From an uncultured Candidatus Saccharibacteria bacterium (GTDB lineage Bacteria > Patescibacteriota > Minisyncoccia > UBA6257 > CAYRSR01): a stretch of 64,000 bases of DNA. The stretch covers positions 2,769 through 66,768 of the forward strand of contig CAYRSR010000004.1 of NCBI GenBank assembly GCA_964427275.1, read 5' to 3'. Positions 19,901 to 27,829 of this stretch are shown piece by piece (the stretch's first letter is position 1; the number at the start of each line of letters is the position of its first letter). Below the pieces are notes generated by a model. The model made no database searches, had not been told where the DNA came from, and was given only the letters and a program-made list of their open reading frames with translations. The translations under genes were made by a program, and so were the position numbers.

Positions 19901-20450
19901 TGAGTATTCAACCATTAAAGAAATTCCTTCGGATATAGTAAAGGTTAGGTTTGTGCTTAATGCTGGCTGGGCTGAAAAAAGTGATAAGCCGGCTAAAACA
20001 TGGTTTGATAACATATTGATAAAAAGACTGAAGACCTCAAAAAAAGGTAATCAGGCCATATTGCTTCATACTTCTGAATTAGGTCAAATTTATAATAACT
20101 CAGATTTCAAAATAGTTTCCTATAAGATTAATGAATACAACAAGACTCATAAAGGATATGATATCAGTTTGAAAGGAAGTGGTGAAAAAGTCTTGTCAAT
20201 TCCAGAAATTTATGATGGCATGTGGAAATTAGAAAATTCAACATTTCAATCTATAGCTGTTCCTGTGTATTATATCCTTAATGGTTTTGCGATAAACTCC
20301 TTTGACAATCAAATTCATCATTTTACTCTTTATAACACTAAAGAAAGATTGGATAGAATATTAGAAAGTTTTTACTTTACTAGTTTAATTTTCATATTGT
20401 TTGGAATGATTGTTTTTTATTGGATTAAAAGAAGTCAATTTTTTAAATGA
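16926..20450 (+). CDS. large polytopic membrane protein with ~700-aa extracytoplasmic domain and C-terminal TM anchor (putative GT-C-type glycosyltransferase/polymerase)
   Basis: 1174 aa. ~12 TM helices within residues 1–430, a long soluble region with a CBM-like C-terminal module (GSWSWIKGP...VRFVLNAGWA...WFDNI), and a final TM helix. Confidence 0.4.
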   Translation: MIPILSKLLNWINSKDRRDYFLAGIIILALVFLEYRLLIFESINYIGKGYFKFSKIPFTLKESFQFLPLILIDWASLPGGCAVTLLAGLYHLLGGLAIFAFIRIYLKDLFKENNLFLPAFLGTLLFMFYPWNTTGDNFPTLVMVRFLFPLALLCAFKGIKHNSTCALLLSGIIISLATLADPRAIVFFIPIIFFVILLPHLLIRETGNLKLYLFRFIGLLVISTIFSSLEIAYRVLKSFSAGKASIPTTVASAFNPDSFIPNFKYADLISTFQGISFLATGEQFLKILKEIPFLYNLFLIAPLLAVAVIFMILLKYHRTQKLRAHILSLVLFILIVIGLFSRLVPNKLPLFPRIACSFVGSKIPGIITSLFLLFRTERFLNLSMMIFLGLSAGISIKLLRNSRNSFFKILFVSGVLVSVVVVWGIPVIMDGHGLVNRGGIIFEIDEESLALSKVISDIKPYSVIDKSIPLQKGSGGLPNAHFLSNVEAGVKQFLVRYSTETSKGFRSPILIDKDYDFLAHLLNQMGVKYLILNGYRAEPNDPAMFKKELNQSPYFRFRSKSGSVYGYEIQKEIKPKIADGLFVLGGLEDYRKAYPFFEKQNLDVAPIFLDAPVDFTVLKRFHFPLLVSTHKTKTDLIASFCISHKDAEILTPAKWKTGTWNRFVRWSPGYIMDTISGMWSHILPDLINYEWSYTYRPDYGNVFVINAESSISTEVNLNPGKYRVLIRVLMNPRGGVINLKLGGFSKDIVTKWDYDSSEFIWKDLGVYDFTGSKLKVILRSFEGVNAVNLIVAIPQKDWEEITKKVKQFIKEREIIYIVDPERQRTNPTDGSVATEMKLLKSGSYKASSLSNVKFEIIQDSILQSNNQITYFQGKYITISFPKYRDILFSSFFEKEEGLWTDLDSRFSVSYVNDGYVGKSILVSTTTQQPGSWSWIKGPLIEVKPNHKYQFKSAMKWENVVQSHISIDGIKKDGSVVRLGLLPSGKDGESDWVEYSTIKEIPSDIVKVRFVLNAGWAEKSDKPAKTWFDNILIKRLKTSKKGNQAILLHTSELGQIYNNSDFKIVSYKINEYNKTHKGYDISLKGSGEKVLSIPEIYDGMWKLENSTFQSIAVPVYYILNGFAINSFDNQIHHFTLYNTKERLDRILESFYFTSLIFILFGMIVFYWIKRSQFFK

Positions 20451-20454
20451 TTCT

Positions 20455-20865
20455 ATGAGAGAGATAAAATTAACTATCAGGATACCAGAATTACTCGAAA
20501 TAAAGAAGTTTATAAAACTTCAAGTTATCAAGATTTTTAAAAGAACCAAAGAAGACATAATTAACAAGAAGGTATATACAGTTTTATTGATAGTCATTTT
20601 TGGCTTATTGTTTTGGAAATTTGCTTTTAAAGTAGCTATTTTATGGACAATCTTTTGGCTTTTTTTGTTCTATAACTGGGAAGATAGGGTTTTAGCTGGA
20701 ATTGCTTTGGTTCTTTTAGTTGGTTGCCCGATATTTTTGATTACTGGAAGAAAAGTTATTGCTGAACAAATAGCAATTTATGCTTATTACTTTATAGTGA
20801 TGACTGTAGCTTTGCAGATTGCAAAATTATGTGGCTTAGACAGAAGAATAAGATTGCATATTTAG
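20455..20865 (+). CDS. small membrane protein (3–4 TM)
   Basis: Hydrophobic 136-aa product between two large membrane proteins. The ORF-track start (20410) overlaps the upstream gene, so the start is taken at the ATG at 20455. Confidence 0.4.
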   Translation: MREIKLTIRIPELLEIKKFIKLQVIKIFKRTKEDIINKKVYTVLLIVIFGLLFWKFAFKVAILWTIFWLFLFYNWEDRVLAGIALVLLVGCPIFLITGRKVIAEQIAIYAYYFIVMTVALQIAKLCGLDRRIRLHI

Positions 20866-22487
20866 TTTATACTTTTTTAGCAATTTCTATTTTATTACCC
20901 CTGTTGAAACCAGGATATATTTTCGCTATGGATATGGTTTTTACTCCTCGTTTAAGATGGCCATCAGAATTTAATTTTCCCGGTGCTGTTTTATATTTGT
21001 TAAACTTTATTTTACCCAGTCAGATTATTCAAAAAATTCTTTTGTTTTTAGTCTTGTTTTTGGGTGGTGTCGGGATGCACAAATTAGTTCCAGTAAGGAA
21101 TGAGTTTGCTAAATACTTTGCCGGCATTTTTTATATTTTTAATCCATGGATTTATTCCAGGTTTTTGTATGGGCATTTATACTTATTAATTGCTTATGCT
21201 CTGATGCCATTTGTAGTTAAAACAATTTTTAAATTTTTGGACCAGATAAATTTCAAAATTGCCCTGAAGTTAAGTTTATGGCTGATTTTAATTGGTTTTA
21301 TCAGTCATCATTTTATTTTTATGGCAGTTTTATTTTTTGTGATTTCTGTTCTGGTTTATATTTTAAAGAACTTAAAAGATTTGCCTAAAATTTTAGAAAT
21401 TTTAAAATTTACAACTTTAATTGGATTAATTTTTTTAATTTTATCAAGCTGGTGGATTGCTCCTTATTTCAATAAAAGTTCTCCTCAAGGGCAATTTATT
21501 CAGCGGTCCATTGGTTTAAGTGACCTAAAGGCTTTTCAAACTGAACCGGATGCAAAGTATGGGGTATTACTAAATGTTTTGGCAATGTATGGCTTTTGGG
21601 GGGATAGGACCGAACAATATGTGGTTCAGAAGGATGTAGTTCGAGGCTGGTTTTGGTTATTTTTGATTATCCTAGGGCTGGTAATATTTGGCGCAATAAG
21701 TAAGTTAAAGGAATATAAGGCAATTGTTTTAATTCTAATTGGAATTATTTCCTTTGTTTTATCAGTTGGATTTGCTTATCCACCATTTAGGTTATTGATA
21801 AATTTTTTAAATCAGAATCTTTTTATTTTTAAGGGTTTTAGGGAGTCCCAGAAGTTCAGTGCTTTGTTAGTTTTAGTTTATGCTTATTTTGGAGCTTTGG
21901 GAATTAACAGCATAGTTGAAGGTTTAAAAGTTAGAAAGTTAGAAGGTTTAAAAGTTAGAAAGTTAGAAAGTTTAAAAATGTTTTTGTTAGCTTTTTTGAT
22001 TATTTTGCCAATTCTTTATTCTCCAATGATGTTTTGGGGCTTTAGAGGACAGCTTTCTGTTTCTGATTATCCATCAGATTGGTTTAGGGCAAATGAAATT
22101 TTAAATCAAGACCAAGATAATTTTAAGGTTTTGTTTTTCCCCTGGCATCAATATATGTTATTTAGTTTCACTAATGGTAAAGTAATTGCCAATCCGGCAC
22201 CAAATTTTTTTGATAAACCGGTTATTGCTGGTGATAATATGGAATTAGCAGAAATTTACACTCAGAGTAGAAGACCTATATCTAAATTTATTGAAAATGA
22301 AATTCTGGCTAAAAGAGAAATCATTAATAATTTAGGTCAGATACTTAAACCTCTGAGTATCAAGTATGTTATATTAGTTAAACAAGAAGATTGGCAAACC
22401 TATGGTTTTTTGGATTGGCAAACTGATTTAAAACAAATTTATGATTCTAAGCATTTAAAAATTTATCAAAATCAAAGCTGGAGATAA
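20829..22487 (+). CDS. polytopic membrane protein, GT-C-like glycosyltransferase candidate
   Basis: 552 aa with >10 TM helices and an in-frame tandem repeat EGLKVRKLEGLKVRKLESLK. Lies at the downstream end of the glycan cluster. Confidence 0.4.
   Translation: MWLRQKNKIAYLVYTFLAISILLPLLKPGYIFAMDMVFTPRLRWPSEFNFPGAVLYLLNFILPSQIIQKILLFLVLFLGGVGMHKLVPVRNEFAKYFAGIFYIFNPWIYSRFLYGHLYLLIAYALMPFVVKTIFKFLDQINFKIALKLSLWLILIGFISHHFIFMAVLFFVISVLVYILKNLKDLPKILEILKFTTLIGLIFLILSSWWIAPYFNKSSPQGQFIQRSIGLSDLKAFQTEPDAKYGVLLNVLAMYGFWGDRTEQYVVQKDVVRGWFWLFLIILGLVIFGAISKLKEYKAIVLILIGIISFVLSVGFAYPPFRLLINFLNQNLFIFKGFRESQKFSALLVLVYAYFGALGINSIVEGLKVRKLEGLKVRKLESLKMFLLAFLIILPILYSPMMFWGFRGQLSVSDYPSDWFRANEILNQDQDNFKVLFFPWHQYMLFSFTNGKVIANPAPNFFDKPVIAGDNMELAEIYTQSRRPISKFIENEILAKREIINNLGQILKPLSIKYVILVKQEDWQTYGFLDWQTDLKQIYDSKHLKIYQNQSWR
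21918..21977 (+). repeat. 24-bp tandem repeat (x2.5) inside CDS
   Basis: gaaggtttaaaagttagaaagtta repeated perfectly, then a partial copy. Confidence 0.8.
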
Positions 22488-22509
22488 AATAAATGTGGAA
22501 AACTTCCTC

Positions 22510-22538
22510 TTGACATTACTTGAAATTTCCCTTAATTT
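22510..22538 (+). promoter_or_regulatory. sigma70-like promoter TTGACA-17-TAATTT
   Basis: ttgacattacttgaaatttcccttaattt lies ~40 nt upstream of the ATG at 22577. Confidence 0.5.
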
Positions 22539-22576
22539 AGGAGTAAACAAGGTCGAATACATTGGCAAGCAAATTT

Positions 22577-23380
22577 ATGAAGCAATTACTAAAAATTAGT
22601 TGGTTGGTTGTAGTTTTACTGCTATCAAGCAATCTGGTTCTGGGCTATGGTTATGGCGGAGGACACCGGGTTGAAGATATTAGTGCTCCAGAAATTAGTC
22701 AAATAGAGGTAACTGTTTTTGCAAGTAGTGCCGAGATTAGCTGGCAAACTGATGAATCATCTATTACCTGGTTTAGTTATGGTTTAACTTCTGATTATAC
22801 CGAAGAAATAAAGACTACTGACTACAGTACATCTCATTCAGTAAGCTTAACTGGCCTTTCTCCAAATACTACTTATCATTATCGAATAAAGTCAAAAGAC
22901 CGACATGGAAATATGACCTCTACTTCGGATAGAACTTTTACTACCCTGGAAGAAGAAGAGGAAGTTGAAGAAGAAAAACCGCCAGTAGAAAAGCCAATCA
23001 CTGAAATGACTCTACCCGAGCTTAAAGCCAAGCTGGTTGAATTAACTGAATTAGTTAATAAACTAAGGGCAAAATTATTAGCTCTGGTAGCCAAGAGAGT
23101 TGAAGAAATTCCTTCCGATTATAAATTTGTTACCGATCTTTATTATGGTCAGAGAAGTATTGATGTTAGATATCTTCAGATATTCTTGAAAAGCCAGGGT
23201 CCAGATATTTACCCTGAAGGTTTAGTTACCGGTTATTTTGGTCCATTAACTCGAAGAGCAATAATTAGATTTCAGGAGAAGTATAGAGATGAAATTTTGG
23301 CACCCTGGGGCCTGACTTATGGAACCGGTTTTGTAGGCAGAACTACTAGAGCCAAAATTAATCAGATACTGGGAAGATAA
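22577..23380 (+). CDS. secreted protein: signal peptide, Fn3-like domain, acidic linker, peptidoglycan-binding (PG_binding_1-like) domain
   Basis: MKQLLKISWLVVVLLLSSNLVLG signal peptide; an Fn3-like beta region (ISWQTDE...TTYHYRIKSKD); an EEEEEVEEEK linker; C-terminal YLQIFLKSQG...GYFGPLTRRAIIRFQ PG-binding motif. Confidence 0.55.
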   Translation: MKQLLKISWLVVVLLLSSNLVLGYGYGGGHRVEDISAPEISQIEVTVFASSAEISWQTDESSITWFSYGLTSDYTEEIKTTDYSTSHSVSLTGLSPNTTYHYRIKSKDRHGNMTSTSDRTFTTLEEEEEVEEEKPPVEKPITEMTLPELKAKLVELTELVNKLRAKLLALVAKRVEEIPSDYKFVTDLYYGQRSIDVRYLQIFLKSQGPDIYPEGLVTGYFGPLTRRAIIRFQEKYRDEILAPWGLTYGTGFVGRTTRAKINQILGR

Positions 23381-23405
23381 GTGATAATAAGTAATCATTG
23401 AGCTT

Positions 23406-23445
23406 TAAAACGGCTAATTGTTATTAACAGTTAGCCGTTTTAAAT
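23406..23445 (+). terminator. Rho-independent terminator
   Basis: aaaacggctaa...ttagccgtttt is a perfect 10-bp stem followed by a T/A-rich tail. Confidence 0.65.
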
Positions 23446-23498
23446 TAAGCAAACTTATGGTAAAATAATATTGTAAAGGTCGAAAACATAAAAATTAT

Positions 23499-25853
23499 AT
23501 GCTTAGAAAATTATCAGTTTTACTGATTGGAATTTCGCTGATTTTTAGTTTAGTCCCGGAAATTAATGCTCAAACAGCCGGAGAAACAAATGATACAAAT
23601 TTAATGCTGGATGAGGAAGTTGGCGCTGAAGACCTGGAAATATCCGAGCCAAAGATTTTACCGGATAGCAGGTTATATTTGTTTAAAAATTTTACCAGAG
23701 CAATTAGGAGGTTTTTTACTTTCAGTTCGTTGGCTAAGGCTGAGCTGAATTTAAGATATGCTTCAGAAAAATTGATTGAAGCCGAGAAGCTAGCCCGAAA
23801 AGGAAAGAAGGATTTAGCCGAAAAAGTTTTGGAAAGATATAGCGCCAACTTTGATAAAGCAAAAGAATTACTGGAAAAACAGAAAGATAATCCCAGAGCC
23901 AGAAAGATTCTGGAAAAATTAATTGACCGGGGAATCAAGCACCAGAAAGTTTTAAGTTTAATTCAGAAAAATCTTCCCTTAAATAAATCGGGGAAAATAA
24001 TAGGACTTAAAGCAAAAATAGCTAAACGATTGGGAGAATTTGGAGAAAAAGATCCCGAGAAGCTTAAAGAAATTATTGAGAAACAGAAAGGTTCAAAATT
24101 TAGAAACATTAAAAACATTCAGGTTTTACTAAGAGTAAAAGAACAAGTTCCAGAAGAAGCAAAAGATAAAATAGAAAGTGTAATTGAAAATCAATTAGAA
24201 AAACTTAAGTCCGATTTAGAAGAATTAGCTCCAGAAGAAAGAGAAAAAGTTAAATCCTATCTTCAGAATCTTTCTGGAAATGAAACCAGGTTACTTGAGG
24301 TAATTTCAAGAATAGAGAATTTAGATTTACCCGAGAAAATTCAGGAAAAACTTGGTGAAGCTAAAGAGAAAGTAATTGAAAGATTTGAAAATAGATTGAA
24401 AAAACTTGACGAACAAAATTTAGAAGATTTAAAACAAGAGTTATTTAAACCTTTGGAAGAAGCAGAATTATCTAAGCTGAAAGTAACTAAAGAGCTGATT
24501 AAAAAATTACCGGTTCAAAGAATTGAAAGAATTTTACCTGTTGAACAAAAAATTAAGCAAAAGTTTGCTAAAAAAATTGAACAGCTTTCAGCAGAAAAAA
24601 GAGAAGAATTTGTTCAAAGACTTGGTAGATATCAGGACGTTCAAGGACTAGAAATTTTAAAAGAAATTGAAGAATTTGTTCCTGAAGAAGGAAAAGATGT
24701 TTTGAAAAAAGCTAGAGAAAGAATAAAAACAAGAATCAAAAATGAACTGGAAGAAACTTCAGAATCTGACTTAGGTAGAAAAGTGCAACGAATATTTAAG
24801 AATCGTTTAGAAGGACTGGAAATAGTTGAAGAATTACCAATTTCTTCTCCGGTTAAAGAAAAGACAAAAAAGTTGTTAATTAAAGGAATAGAAAGAAAGC
24901 TTCAGAATGTAGAAGACCCCGAAGAGCTAAACCAGATTAAACAGAGATTGAAAGCTCGAAGAGCAGAGATAAAAAGCATCTCTCCCCAGTTTATCGAGAA
25001 ATTGGAAAGAGCCGAGCGTACGGCTGAAGGAAGAATAACCAAAGAATTGGTTGAGAAAAAGATTGAACAGGCTAAAAAAATGTTTTCAGAATTAAAAGGG
25101 AAGGTTGAGAAATTAACTGATGAACAGAAACAACTACTTCCTAGATATCTTTTCTTAAGTTTAGAATTGATTAAAAAAGAAATAAATCAATCAGTTTCAG
25201 CTTTAGAACAAGGAAAGGTGAAGGTTGCCTTTACTACAATTCAGTCAGTTTTAGGTAGGATAAGAAGTTGTTTTGCTATGCTATTAAGGAGTTTAACAGA
25301 AGTACCACTAGTCCCCGAAAAACCACAACAGCCAGGTAAAAAAATAGTATGTCCAGCTTTATATGACCCAGTTTGTGGGATAGATGGAATAACCTATCCA
25401 AATCGATGTGTAGCAGAAAGAATTCATCGAGTGAAGGTAGCTTATCGAGGAAAATGTAGAGAACAAAAGCTAACCTGCGAGCAAAAGTGTAAGATTTTAG
25501 GTTATCTTAAAGGAACTTGTAGAAGTTATCCTATTTATCCAAGAGCAAGAAAATGTTTGGAAAATGAGATTTATGTTGGTTCTGCTGTTGATTGTCAAGC
25601 GGATACTTCTAAGTTGGGAATTGGTTATGGATGCTGTTGTTTAATTAGAAAGCCTCAAAAGAAGGTTATTGAAGTTCCTAAGCCTGGTTTTATTTCACCC
25701 GAACCAGTTCCAGTAAAGGAATTAATACCATTTTTTGAAAGACCAGTTTCTGAACCAGTTGAAGGGGAAGTAAAATCAATTAAAAAGCCAACAATAAAAG
25801 CTGAACCGATTGAAAAGAAATTGGAACTAGAACCTGAATCTTTATTAGAGTAA
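23499..25853 (+). CDS. secreted coiled-coil protein with C-terminal Kazal-like domain and second Cys-rich module
   Basis: Signal peptide, ~560 aa of K/E-rich heptad coiled coil, then CPALYDPVCGIDGITYPNRC...GKC (Kazal signature PVCGxDGxTYxNxC), then an 8-Cys module and a Pro/Glu-rich tail. Confidence 0.6.
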   Translation: MLRKLSVLLIGISLIFSLVPEINAQTAGETNDTNLMLDEEVGAEDLEISEPKILPDSRLYLFKNFTRAIRRFFTFSSLAKAELNLRYASEKLIEAEKLARKGKKDLAEKVLERYSANFDKAKELLEKQKDNPRARKILEKLIDRGIKHQKVLSLIQKNLPLNKSGKIIGLKAKIAKRLGEFGEKDPEKLKEIIEKQKGSKFRNIKNIQVLLRVKEQVPEEAKDKIESVIENQLEKLKSDLEELAPEEREKVKSYLQNLSGNETRLLEVISRIENLDLPEKIQEKLGEAKEKVIERFENRLKKLDEQNLEDLKQELFKPLEEAELSKLKVTKELIKKLPVQRIERILPVEQKIKQKFAKKIEQLSAEKREEFVQRLGRYQDVQGLEILKEIEEFVPEEGKDVLKKARERIKTRIKNELEETSESDLGRKVQRIFKNRLEGLEIVEELPISSPVKEKTKKLLIKGIERKLQNVEDPEELNQIKQRLKARRAEIKSISPQFIEKLERAERTAEGRITKELVEKKIEQAKKMFSELKGKVEKLTDEQKQLLPRYLFLSLELIKKEINQSVSALEQGKVKVAFTTIQSVLGRIRSCFAMLLRSLTEVPLVPEKPQQPGKKIVCPALYDPVCGIDGITYPNRCVAERIHRVKVAYRGKCREQKLTCEQKCKILGYLKGTCRSYPIYPRARKCLENEIYVGSAVDCQADTSKLGIGYGCCCLIRKPQKKVIEVPKPGFISPEPVPVKELIPFFERPVSEPVEGEVKSIKKPTIKAEPIEKKLELEPESLLE

Positions 25854-25946
25854 TTTTTAGTAATTGGAAGAATCTAGCAATATGTGGTTCACCTTGAGGT
25901 GAGTTTAAGTCTTGAATTGTATTTTTAGTAAAAATATTTTAGAATA

Positions 25947-26561
25947 ATGTCAATGATAAAATCGTTAATATTTGACTTTGGAAACGTAATTTATCCTGAA
26001 AGATGGGACTTAGTTCTGGAAAATTTTCGGGAAGAAATAGATAGAAAAATAACTTCTGAACAGTTTAAATCGGGCTTTAAAAAATTCTGGGACGAATACA
26101 AATGTGGAAGATTAAATACCCAAACTTTTTGGGCTCAGGTCTTAAGTTTTTTAAATTTAAATAATTCATTTCAGAATGTTTGCAAAGCAACTCTTTCATT
26201 TAAGCAAATTTGGAAAAGCCCAGATGAAAAAATAATTAGAATTCTTAGTAAACTAAACTGGGATCATCAGGTGTTTGGATTAACTAATTCATGCTTTGAG
26301 CTGGAAGAAAAGATAGAGCAGGTAAATAAATTATTTAAGAAGGTTTATATGTCTCACCGGGAAGGAATAGCTAAACCAAAGAAAGAATTTTACTTGAAGG
26401 TGATTGAGCAAAATCAATTAAAACCAGAGCAATGTATATTTATCGATGATAAAGAGGGAAATATTAAAGCTGCTAGGAATTTAGGAATAATTGGTATTAG
26501 GTATCAGAATCCGGAGCAACTGCAAACTGAACTTACCAGGTTTAAAATCAAAATAGTATGA
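25947..26561 (+). CDS. HAD-superfamily hydrolase (subfamily IA-like)
   Basis: LIFDFGNVIY motif I with a C-terminal IFIDDKEGNIKAA motif. Confidence 0.65.
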   Translation: MSMIKSLIFDFGNVIYPERWDLVLENFREEIDRKITSEQFKSGFKKFWDEYKCGRLNTQTFWAQVLSFLNLNNSFQNVCKATLSFKQIWKSPDEKIIRILSKLNWDHQVFGLTNSCFELEEKIEQVNKLFKKVYMSHREGIAKPKKEFYLKVIEQNQLKPEQCIFIDDKEGNIKAARNLGIIGIRYQNPEQLQTELTRFKIKIV

Positions 26562-27829
26562 ATAGATTTTTTCAAATTTTTAGAATAAAGGATTTGAGAA
26601 TAAAAGTTTTTAAAATTGCTTTTTTACTTTTAGTGTTTAGATTGATGGCTAATATTCCTATCCCTGGAGTTGACCCGGTTAAGCTTCAGGAATTTTTTTC
26701 AGCAAATCAATTGTTCGGGTTATTTAATGTCTTTGCTGGAGGAACTTTGAGTCAATTATCCATTATTATGCTTGGTTTGGCTCCTTATATTACTGCGGTA
26801 ATCATTTTACAACTACTGACCATAATTTTTCCCAAGTTAAAAGAGATTTATTATGAACAGGGGGCTCAAGGAAGAGCTAAATTTAACAGGTATTCCAGGT
26901 ATTTAACTGTTCCACTGGCTTTTATGCAAGCTTATGGTTTTTTGAACCTATTAGTAGCTCAGGGAGTGATTGATAAACCCAGCTTTCTTCCCTTAATAGT
27001 AAACATTTTAGTAATTACTGCTGGTAGCATGATACTGGTCTGGATTGGTGAGCTGATTACTGAATATAGATTGGGAAATGGAGTATCGTTACTGATTTGT
27101 GCTGGAATTGTAGCCAGGTTTCCGGCAGCAGTTAGGCAGAGCATCCTGAATTATGATCCTTCTATGATACCTACTTACTTTATATTTTTGTTAATGGCTT
27201 TAGTGGTAACTGCCGGTGTGGTTTTTGTTACTGAAGGAGAAAGAAGAATACCGGTATCTTTTGCAAAAAGAGTAAGGGGAACCAGGCTTTATGGAGGAGT
27301 TCAGACCTTTTTACCAATAAGAGTAAATCAAGCTGGAGTAATTCCAATAATTTTTGCTATTTCAGTTTTACTTTTTCCCCAGTTTATAGCTCAAGTTTCT
27401 GCTCTTTTCTCCAAAGATTTCTCAGTTAAATTAAATCAGCTGGTTAATAATTTTTATAGTAATTTATGGATTTACAGTCTAATTTATTTTGCACTGGTAG
27501 TAGTTTTTACTTACTTTTATACTGCAGTAACTTTCGATCCTGAAGAAGTTTCTAAAAATCTTCAGAAAAGTGGTGGATTTATTTTGGGGATTAGGCCAGG
27601 AGCAAGTACTACTGAATTCATTAAAAAAATTGTCAATAGAATCACTTTATTTGGGGCTATATTTTTAGGAATAGTTGCAATTCTTCCTCACTTAGTTAGA
27701 GTATTTACCGGAATAACTGGACTTACTATTGGAGGAACTGCTTTACTGATTGTAGTAGCGGTGAGTCTGGAAATTATGAAACAGGTTGACTCTCAGTTGA
27801 TGATCAGGGAATATGAAGGGATACTTTAA
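26558..27829 (+). CDS. secY: preprotein translocase subunit SecY
   Basis: ANIPIPGVD...GLAPYITAVIILQLL, 10 TM helices, 423 aa. Confidence 0.9.
   Translation: MNRFFQIFRIKDLRIKVFKIAFLLLVFRLMANIPIPGVDPVKLQEFFSANQLFGLFNVFAGGTLSQLSIIMLGLAPYITAVIILQLLTIIFPKLKEIYYEQGAQGRAKFNRYSRYLTVPLAFMQAYGFLNLLVAQGVIDKPSFLPLIVNILVITAGSMILVWIGELITEYRLGNGVSLLICAGIVARFPAAVRQSILNYDPSMIPTYFIFLLMALVVTAGVVFVTEGERRIPVSFAKRVRGTRLYGGVQTFLPIRVNQAGVIPIIFAISVLLFPQFIAQVSALFSKDFSVKLNQLVNNFYSNLWIYSLIYFALVVVFTYFYTAVTFDPEEVSKNLQKSGGFILGIRPGASTTEFIKKIVNRITLFGAIFLGIVAILPHLVRVFTGITGLTIGGTALLIVVAVSLEIMKQVDSQLMIREYEGIL

Noticed and set aside
20410-20454. ORF-track start at 20410 for the small membrane protein, overlapping 41 nt of the upstream 1174-aa gene.
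   Set aside because: The in-frame ATG at 20455 directly follows the upstream stop and gives a sensible N-terminus; the longer form is probably read-through of the frame.
25860-25905. Short hairpin ggttcacc-ttga-ggtga after the Kazal-protein gene as a terminator.
   Set aside because: Only a 5-bp stem, with no clear T-tract; too weak to call.
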